NCBI GenBank assembly: GCA_963677595.1
Contig: OY782041.1
Span: 608,001 to 672,000 of the forward strand
DNA from: Spirochaetia bacterium
Lineage (GTDB): Bacteria; Spirochaetota; Spirochaetia; CAKZLE01
Length of the DNA stretch: 64,000 nt
Reading direction: 5' to 3'
The position numbers and the translations under genes were made by a program. The notes under the pieces were generated by a model. The model worked only from the letters and a program-made list of their open reading frames with translations. It was not told where the DNA came from and made no database searches. Below are positions 57,019 through 64,000 of this stretch, one piece after another (the stretch's first letter is position 1; each line of letters begins with the position of its first letter).

Positions 57019-58454
57019 CCAATCTCATCCCTATCGTACATTGCTATGATATAGGGATGATTCTCATCGTACTCTGCCAAGGGGTGTGCATCAGGGACCC
57101 ATCCGATCTTCCTTATGTTCTTTCCCATGGTCCCGGTAAAAGCATCTCCAAGATCTTCCCTGCACCGTTCTACTTCATTTTGTAAATCCGCTACAATTTC
57201 GGGATATTCAGCATATAGATTCTCTTTCTCGCTGATATCATTTCTCAGGTTATAGAGCTCCTTCACTACTTCATTTTTCATTGATTTCAGGATCTTTGCT
57301 GATTTCTCAGTTCCATCATGGTCTCCACTTGGCCGGCCAGCATGTTCTCGTCTTGATACATGAAGCTTCCAGTCACCTTTCCGAACAGCTTCCAAGTTGT
57401 CACACATATAATAGAAGAAGGTAGTACGTTTTGATTCCTCAGTTTTCCCAAGAAGCAGATCTGCCATTTCAATACCATCAATTATCCTATCAAGAGGAAT
57501 CTCTGCACCAGCTAATTTCGCCAATGTCGGGTATAGATCCATAGCATTAAATAGTTGATCATTGACTCCTGGAGTAATTGTTCCTTTCCAATGAGCTACG
57601 AGAGGGACTCTCAATCCACCTTCCCAGGTAGTTGCCTTAGTCCCCCGCAACGGACCATTACAGTCTCCAACATCATTTCGAGATCCATTATCTGAAGTGA
57701 ACAAGATCAAAGTATTCTCATAAACGCCGCATCGTCTCAATTCATCGACCAGAACTCCCACTGACCAATCTATAGCAGCCACACAGGCTCCGTAGTCACC
57801 ATTTCGTGACTTATCAACAAAGCACTGGGCAGCATAAAGTGGTCGATGAACATGCATATGCGCAAAATAGAGAAAGAATGGCGTTTCCGTATTCTTTCTA
57901 ATGAATTCCACACTCTTCTCTACATACCGTTCGGTCAGGCCCCTCTGGTCGGGCTGCAATTCAAGGATTTCCCTTCCATGCATAAGTGGTAGCGGTGTCA
58001 TTGTCGGGCGTGTCGGGAGAGGAGCCATATCATTACTGTAAGGGAGTCCATAATAATCATCGAACCCATGGTCCATCGGTTGAAATCCTGGTTGATCACC
58101 ACAGTGCCATTTCCCCACATGCAGAGTCTTATATCCCACAGATTTAAGCACCTTGGCAATGGATACTTCTTCAGGGTTGAGACCAATATCATACCCAGGA
58201 AAGAGAACCCACTCCCCATGGAAGGATCCAAATCCTATCCTCTGTGGATAGCAGCCAGTCATCATAGCACCACGAGAAGGAGAACAGACAGGTGAAGCCA
58301 TGTAAAAGTCGGTAAAACGTCGTCCATCTGCTGCAAGTGCATCTATATATGGGGTATCATTCTTTACTGACCCATAACAACCGAGATCCCCAAAACCTAA
58401 ATCATCACAATTTATCAATACAATATTAGGCTTCATCACTAACCCCTTGAACAT
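57015..58454 (-). CDS. Arylsulfatase A-like sulfatase (Cys-type)
   Basis: KPNIVLINCDDLG, CSPSRG, GKWH, SDNG and TWEGGLRVP motifs. Confidence 0.93.
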   Translation of the reverse strand: MFKGLVMKPNIVLINCDDLGFGDLGCYGSVKNDTPYIDALAADGRRFTDFYMASPVCSPSRGAMMTGCYPQRIGFGSFHGEWVLFPGYDIGLNPEEVSIAKVLKSVGYKTLHVGKWHCGDQPGFQPMDHGFDDYYGLPYSNDMAPLPTRPTMTPLPLMHGREILELQPDQRGLTERYVEKSVEFIRKNTETPFFLYFAHMHVHRPLYAAQCFVDKSRNGDYGACVAAIDWSVGVLVDELRRCGVYENTLILFTSDNGSRNDVGDCNGPLRGTKATTWEGGLRVPLVAHWKGTITPGVNDQLFNAMDLYPTLAKLAGAEIPLDRIIDGIEMADLLLGKTEESKRTTFFYYMCDNLEAVRKGDWKLHVSRREHAGRPSGDHDGTEKSAKILKSMKNEVVKELYNLRNDISEKENLYAEYPEIVADLQNEVERCREDLGDAFTGTMGKNIRKIGWVPDAHPLAEYDENHPYIIAMYDRDEIG

Positions 58455-58479
58455 ACTATTCTTTCATTTTAAGATGATT

Positions 58480-60039
58480 CTAATCATCATCTTCAGCATC
58501 CATTTCAATATCTATCTTATTTGCGGCAGCCTCAGCTATGGTTTTTGCTTTCACTGCTTTTGTCTTTTTCATTGAGTAAAAGGTAAGTATTATGGTTATC
58601 ACAATGATTACCACAGCAATCGGTCTCTCAAAAAAGATCATCCAGGAACCGTCTGACATGATCAGGGAATTCTTCAAATTCTCCTCTGCAAGTGGACCAA
58701 GTATGAATCCAAGAATAAATGGGGCTTGCGGGAAATTGAACTTCTTCAGGAAATACATAAAGAAGCCTGCTCCTGCCATGAGGTAGACATTGAACATAAC
58801 ATTGGCAGTTGAGTAAGCTCCAGCTAAACAGAATAGGGCAAGCAGTGTAATGAGGATCGGCTGAGGCACTTTCGCTATTTGAGCAAATATTCTGATGAGA
58901 AATTTTCCTGCAAGGAACATCACTATATTGCAAATAATAAACCCTACCATGATTGCATACATAAGAGGTCCCTGATGCCTGAATAGTGTAGGGCCTACTT
59001 CCAGACCATGAAGAGAAAAAGCTCCTATCATAGTTGCGGCAATCACACTTCCAGGAATACCAAGAGTAAATAGGGGGATGAGAGAAGTACCAGTCACTGC
59101 ATTATTGGCTGCTTCAGGTGCTGCAACACCCTCTATCACACCGGTACCAAAGAGGTGCGAATTCTTAGAGCTTCTACGCTCCTCGTTATAAGCAATCATT
59201 GCGGCAATGGCTGCACCTACTGCGGGAATAGCTCCGATAATAGATCCGATTGCAGTGGATTTGAGAATTGTTGGAGTCAGCTTCTTCTTCTCTTCCCATG
59301 ACAGCTTGTCATGCCGTGCAATTGTAGCTGTATAGTGGAACTCTTTTGCATACTCCTTCTTCAAGATCATATTCAGTATGTTGGGGAATGCGAACATCCC
59401 GATAAGAACAGGCAGGGTTTCAAGTCCCCGCATAAGATAGATGCTTCCGAATGAAAACCGAGTGATTCCGGAAGAAGAATCTATCCCTACTGTGGAAAAG
59501 AGGATCCCAAGACAACCGATGATAATTCCTCGAACGATACTTGTCCCGCTTATTCCAGCAATTACCGATATCCCGAGGACTGCCAAAGCAAAGTACTCTG
59601 GAGGACCGAATTTCATAATGTATTTGGATATGAATGGCGCCGTGAACAACAAAATGATAGAACTGATAATCCCACCGATAGTTGATGAGATCAAGGCCGT
59701 TTGCAATGCTTTCCCCGGATTGCCTTTTTTTGCCAGGGGATACCCGTCAAATACCGTTGCCATAGCAGATCCTGTACCTGGAGTACCTACAAGTATTGCA
59801 GATATAGATCCTCCATAAGTTCCTCCAACATATATACCAAGCAGCATCATGATACCGGATAGTACATTCAGTGCATATGTAACCGGCAGGAACAGTATTA
59901 CAGCCAAGTTGGTGGTCAGGCCGGGGATCGCCCCGAAAACGATCCCAATTATCACGCCAGTTATTATTAAAATTATATTCTGAAGGGTGGAAAGATCAAC
60001 AAACCCATTCAGGATCATTTGAAAGTAATTCATAGCCAA
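58480..60039 (-). CDS. tctA: Tripartite tricarboxylate transporter large subunit
   Basis: GAIPGL, PGTGSAMATVFDGYP, PEAANNA and LGIPGS motifs. Confidence 0.92.
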   Translation of the reverse strand: MAMNYFQMILNGFVDLSTLQNIILIITGVIIGIVFGAIPGLTTNLAVILFLPVTYALNVLSGIMMLLGIYVGGTYGGSISAILVGTPGTGSAMATVFDGYPLAKKGNPGKALQTALISSTIGGIISSIILLFTAPFISKYIMKFGPPEYFALAVLGISVIAGISGTSIVRGIIIGCLGILFSTVGIDSSSGITRFSFGSIYLMRGLETLPVLIGMFAFPNILNMILKKEYAKEFHYTATIARHDKLSWEEKKKLTPTILKSTAIGSIIGAIPAVGAAIAAMIAYNEERRSSKNSHLFGTGVIEGVAAPEAANNAVTGTSLIPLFTLGIPGSVIAATMIGAFSLHGLEVGPTLFRHQGPLMYAIMVGFIICNIVMFLAGKFLIRIFAQIAKVPQPILITLLALFCLAGAYSTANVMFNVYLMAGAGFFMYFLKKFNFPQAPFILGFILGPLAEENLKNSLIMSDGSWMIFFERPIAVVIIVITIILTFYSMKKTKAVKAKTIAEAAANKIDIEMDAEDDD

Positions 60040-60051
60040 TCTTCTCCTTGT

Positions 60052-60504
60052 TTATGGCAGCGGTACATTTAGCAGGTATTTGAATGAGAACCATAGAAAA
60101 GCTGTTATGCCGAGGGTGAAAGCATAGTAAGATTTTTTCCTGATCTTCATAAACAGCAAAGCTCCTGTACAGAAGAGCAGTGATGATGCCAAGAACCCGA
60201 GAATCGGCATAGCTATCACATACACTACAATGATCAGGAAATAGCGAAGGGCATGAAGCTCCCCGGGAATATCTACAGTGATATACGAATCTATTTTCAG
60301 TACAAGGCTCTTCATTACAAGCACGATACCTAAGCCAATCATGAGATAAACTATCAGTAGCGGTACATAGTCTGAAGGTATCGCATTTGACAGTTTCTCC
60401 GCTCTGATCTTGATTTGGTATGGAATAATGATCCTCACAATTAGTCCCATGACAATGGCAACTATTCCGGACCATAGATTTTCCCTGAATCTCAATGAAA
60501 CCAT
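60052..60504 (-). CDS. tctB: Tripartite tricarboxylate transporter small subunit
   Basis: Hydrophobic 150 aa protein ending F...LNVPLP; lies between tctC and tctA. Confidence 0.8.
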   Translation of the reverse strand: MVSLRFRENLWSGIVAIVMGLIVRIIIPYQIKIRAEKLSNAIPSDYVPLLIVYLMIGLGIVLVMKSLVLKIDSYITVDIPGELHALRYFLIIVVYVIAMPILGFLASSLLFCTGALLFMKIRKKSYYAFTLGITAFLWFSFKYLLNVPLP

Positions 60505-60624
60505 ACACTACTCTCCTTCTGAGATATTCCTCTATAATCTATTCAAGATTACTTAGCTGCTTCTAGCCATTAAATACGTACTCTTCTCTTACAATATCAC
60601 ATTCCTAAAGCATGTTTTAAAATC

Positions 60625-60657
60625 CTGCCAATCAGATAATTTGCCTCTGATTGGCAG
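60625..60657 (-). other. Intercistronic hairpin after tctC
   Basis: CTGCCAATCAGA...TCTGATTGGCAG 12-bp stem. Confidence 0.65.
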
Positions 60658-60676
60658 GTGGATACAAAAGGGTAGA

Positions 60677-61663
60677 TTACCGGAGACTATCAAGATACAT
60701 TTTAGCAGCTGCAATCTTTCGATCTATTTCAGCCTGGGTGGCTTCAACAGAGGGATCTGCTACTTGGACGTAACCTGCATCTGCAAATTCTTTCATGAAT
60801 GCAGGATCACTGAATACCTGATCCAAAGCATTCGCGAATATATCAACAACTGCCGGATCAGTACCAGCACGTAGAGCCAGGAATGCAAGGTTATCCCAAC
60901 TTATATCATATCCAAGGGTCCTAAGTGCCGGAACACTTGCATATCCAAGCTCACTGTATCCGGAAAAGTCCTTGTCATCATAGACACACAGGGGGACGAT
61001 AGATCCATCTTCAATATAGGCTGCTCCCATATTCAGGGCAACAAGACAGACATCAGCAGTTCCAGAGGCTACATTGACTAATGCGGTAGGGTATCCCTTA
61101 TCAGTGATGATATCAGAGTCGATCCCGAGCTGATTAAGCAGGTATTTCGTCATGATATAGGTAGCTGAGTTCACACCAGCAGCAGAGAATTTTATAATTT
61201 TCCCCTTTGCATATTCCTGGAGCTCTTCTAACGAATTAACCCCTAAAGAAGCGTTGATGAAGAGACCGATCTCAACTGTGTCTGTTCCAGCTACGATGAT
61301 GAAATCATCAGAAGTATACTGCAGAGTATCGAATAATGGGGCAATAGCTAGTGCTGCATCTCCATTGAATGCCACTGCATTACTATTGGGTTTCTCAGAA
61401 AGGAACTGGGTCAGTTCTACCGCACCTCCTCCGCCAGGAAGATTATTGATTGCAAAACTGGTATCAAGAATCGGCTCTAGATATTTTGCCATAATCCTCA
61501 TTTTTACATCCATATTGCCCCCAGGCTTGGCGTTAACATAAGCTGTAATTGGTCCTGTTGGCCAAGCGACTCCCTCATTGGAACTTTCGCTAGCCCCATT
61601 AGCCACGATAGGGAATGCCACAATTGCAATCAACAGTAATGTGAATACTAATTTCCTCTTCAT
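60677..61663 (-). CDS. tctC: Tripartite tricarboxylate transporter substrate-binding protein
   Basis: Signal peptide, WPTGPI...PGGNMD, NLPGGGG and AGTDPAV motifs. Confidence 0.87.
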   Translation of the reverse strand: MKRKLVFTLLLIAIVAFPIVANGASESSNEGVAWPTGPITAYVNAKPGGNMDVKMRIMAKYLEPILDTSFAINNLPGGGGAVELTQFLSEKPNSNAVAFNGDAALAIAPLFDTLQYTSDDFIIVAGTDTVEIGLFINASLGVNSLEELQEYAKGKIIKFSAAGVNSATYIMTKYLLNQLGIDSDIITDKGYPTALVNVASGTADVCLVALNMGAAYIEDGSIVPLCVYDDKDFSGYSELGYASVPALRTLGYDISWDNLAFLALRAGTDPAVVDIFANALDQVFSDPAFMKEFADAGYVQVADPSVEATQAEIDRKIAAAKMYLDSLR

Positions 61664-61710
61664 CGTTCTCTCCTTCTTTTTTTATCTAAAACGGGGAATT
61701 CCCGTCTTTC

Positions 61711-63255
61711 TTAGGTTTGATTTACTGCCTCCAAAGCCTTCTCTCTCATTTCTTTCCCAGCTATTCGATGCTGTAGAATTGAGAAATCATAGAGATCCAT
61801 TAGCTCTTTAACCGTATCCAAATGGTTTGAAGCTATATTTGACGTTTCATCAGGATCATTAGCCAGATTGTACAGCTCAATCTTTCCATCCTCATATTCA
61901 ACAAGTTTAAATTCTTTGGTAATAGTAGCCCACCAATTACGAGCTTGGGGCCTCTTTTCACGGGGTCTTTTTATAGAGGGATATCCATGATCCCTATTGA
62001 ATTCATCAATAAACTCACTATCAGACTTGGTTTTTACAAACTGCGCATACTCCTCATACCCTTCCTCCTGATGGCTGTTTTGTATACCATTACATAACAT
62101 AATGGCTTGATACTCTCTCACCCCAGCAGCATGCTCTTTCGTCGCAAGATCTTTCAGCGATACAGAATCCATCTCTTCAGGGATAGGGATATCAGCAAAG
62201 TCCAGTATGGTAGCAGCAAGATCATGCAGCTGCACCAGTTCATTGGATATGTTGCCTTTAAAAGTTCCTTCACCAGAAATAACCAAGGGTATAGATATTG
62301 ACCCAAATTGAGGTTTGCATTTGAAGAACATGTTATGATCTCCAAGCATCTCCCCATGGTCAGAGGCATAGATGATTATTGTATTCTCCAATTGACCAGT
62401 TGCTTTCAGAGCGGCAACAAGATGCCCAATCTGGGTATCTATATTCTCAAGCATCGCTCCATAATTCCTACGGACCTCATGTATGCTGTTAGAATTCCCA
62501 GCATACTGCACTGGTTCAGGAAAAATCGTGTCATTATGAAGCCTCTTCATTTCCCGTGTAATATCCCATGGATCATGAGGACCGGAAAAATTCACCATCA
62601 GGAACCACGGATTTTGCTTCTTTGTATAGGACAAAAGTAAATCTACCGCATTCTTTGTAACCCAATTATCAGCATAAGCATCATGGGGCAGCGGGGTCTC
62701 AGAGGTCTCATACACGTTGTAATAACGCTTAATATAATCGGCCCGGTGTATCCCAAGAAGTCCATGTTCATGTAAATAGTTACCGTAGGGGCCTCTTGGT
62801 TCCTTAAAAGATGAGAAAACAGCATCATATTTCCCTTCACTATCCACAGCATCAGTGAATCCAAGGATCTCTAACTGATTGATCCAACCACTCTTTCCCC
62901 AAAACAGGACTGGTTTGTGAAGATCAAACTTCCCCACTCCTCCAACAGAATACCCATTTTGTTTCAACAATGAATAAAAAGTAGGCTGGGTGAGCGGATA
63001 ATTAAACCCATTATTATACGCTTCAATATGGTTATAGTGCATACCGGATGCAAGGCAAGCTCTAGAAGGTGAACAAAGCGGTGAATTACATATCGCACGA
63101 GAGAAAGTTGTACCGTTCTTCATGAGATTAACAAGATTCGGCATACGTAATGGAATAGTCCCCTTCTTTTCATGCTGTTCATCAGTTACTGTAATTGACG
63201 GCAACCAATCACCTCTATGCTGATCAGGGAATACTAGTAAGATATTTTTCTTCAT
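61711..63255 (-). CDS. Sulfatase (choline-sulfatase-like, Cys-type)
   Basis: KNILLVFPDQHR, CSPSRA, GPHDPW, SDHGEMLGDH and ELYNL..DPDE motifs; start MKKN after GAGGA. Confidence 0.92.
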   Translation of the reverse strand: MKKNILLVFPDQHRGDWLPSITVTDEQHEKKGTIPLRMPNLVNLMKNGTTFSRAICNSPLCSPSRACLASGMHYNHIEAYNNGFNYPLTQPTFYSLLKQNGYSVGGVGKFDLHKPVLFWGKSGWINQLEILGFTDAVDSEGKYDAVFSSFKEPRGPYGNYLHEHGLLGIHRADYIKRYYNVYETSETPLPHDAYADNWVTKNAVDLLLSYTKKQNPWFLMVNFSGPHDPWDITREMKRLHNDTIFPEPVQYAGNSNSIHEVRRNYGAMLENIDTQIGHLVAALKATGQLENTIIIYASDHGEMLGDHNMFFKCKPQFGSISIPLVISGEGTFKGNISNELVQLHDLAATILDFADIPIPEEMDSVSLKDLATKEHAAGVREYQAIMLCNGIQNSHQEEGYEEYAQFVKTKSDSEFIDEFNRDHGYPSIKRPREKRPQARNWWATITKEFKLVEYEDGKIELYNLANDPDETSNIASNHLDTVKELMDLYDFSILQHRIAGKEMREKALEAVNQT

Positions 63256-63297
63256 CAGATTGTCTTCCTCAACAAAACACTCCATCATCCATCTAAT

Positions 63298-63353
63298 GCG
63301 TGCGCGTGCACGCTTTGTAGTATTAGATTACCATGATTATTTTGAGTTGTCAA
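63298..63353 (-). promoter_or_regulatory. Promoter of the sulfatase-TTT operon with a downstream LacI-type operator
   Basis: On -: TTGACA-17-TAATCT (63353-63325); palindrome GCGTGCGCGTGCACGC at 63298-63313. Confidence 0.65.
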
Positions 63354-63875
63354 TTCTTAAATTTTCTTTATAATTTAAGCTAATTTTGGAAGGATGTTAT
63401 ATTCTTCAAAGAACCAATATTTACTATATACTATTCTTGCGTGTGCGGTCACTCTTAAATTTCCAACTCCCCTAATCTATAGATATATCAAGCAAATCAG
63501 AAAGTACTTTTCATAAAAATCACCCCTAACTCAAAGAATGATCTCACCTTAAGGCGTGGATAGTCAGGACTCCTCCTAACAACCGAGCCATTGTTGGAAT
63601 CGGTTGAATTTATCATGACAACCTACTGACCCTTATGTGATTTCCGGTTTGGTTATGGCTCCACCTTGCTACAGATAGCCCAATTCCCCAGGATGTTGAT
63701 AAAGACGGGAGTAAAAGCTGTGTAATGGACAATAAAAGCTAAAAGTGGGTGGTTTCAACCTTAGCAATGTTTCAACTACCACTTCTTGGGATTCATTTCA
63801 TCCCGGTTTCTACCTATGGACATTCCGTCCCCAGCTATCTATGCTGAATCACATCAAGAGACCTAAGGAGCTCCC

Positions 63876-64000
63876 ATGATCCCACAGCTCATTCTCGACC
63901 ACTGGGCAATCATCGCCATTTCAGGCTTCATCATCGGCCTCGACAAGGGAGGCATCAAGCCGCTCATCATCTTTGCCATCTTTCTTGTCACCAGCATCAT
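63876..64000 (+). CDS. TauE/SafE family protein, second paralog (3' end outside the window)
   Basis: Translates as MIPQLILDHWAIIAISGFIIGLDKGGIKPLIIFAIFLVTSI, clearly homologous to the ORF at 43984; AAGGAG RBS. Confidence 0.85.
   Translation, partial: MIPQLILDHWAIIAISGFIIGLDKGGIKPLIIFAIFLVTSI

Noticed and set aside
63743-63784. Imperfect inverted repeat AAGTGGGTGGTT...AACTACCACTT as an IS/MITE end
   Set aside because: It is a single imperfect hairpin with no partner repeat or target duplication, more likely a terminator remnant.
1-64000. CRISPR arrays, tRNA/rRNA genes, integrases, IS elements
   Set aside because: I noticed no regularly spaced repeats, RNA-gene signatures, or DDE/tyrosine/serine recombinase ORFs by eye. 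Dedicated scans were not run.

Overview
Bacterial chromosomal window. The gene repertoire and protein style suggest an anaerobic sugar fermenter, possibly a spirochaete (Sphaerochaeta/Spirochaetia-like); this is inference only. Bases 1-14.6 kb are housekeeping and transport genes: sugar ABC ATPase, lysC, nitroreductase, trmH, MFS, Mut7-C, AEC, guaAB and an ECF transporter. They include an Rpn/PD-(D/E)xK gene followed by a stand-alone duplicate of its C-terminal domain. Bases 14.6-46.1 kb form a large inositol-catabolic locus: iolG x3, iolE, iolD, iolB, iolH, an iolI-like gene, an ABC importer and a GntR regulator. No iolC, iolJ or iolA lies in the window. Instead the locus embeds an archaeal-type (class II) GAPDH, an archaeal-type PGK and two split transketolases. 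The GAPDH and PGK carry substitutions at substrate-phosphate-binding motifs, and the gap promoter carries the same candidate operator as the iol promoters. The main hypothesis is a kinase-independent transketolase route: 2-deoxy-5-keto-gluconate -> malic semialdehyde -> malyl-phosphate -> malate + ATP. Bases 46.1-63.8 kb are a visibly AT-richer island with three sulfatases, two tripartite tricarboxylate transporters, esterases and ROK/LacI regulators. It is bracketed by two tauE paralogs and by a lacI::plsC deletion scar. All calls come from reading motifs; no database searches were run.
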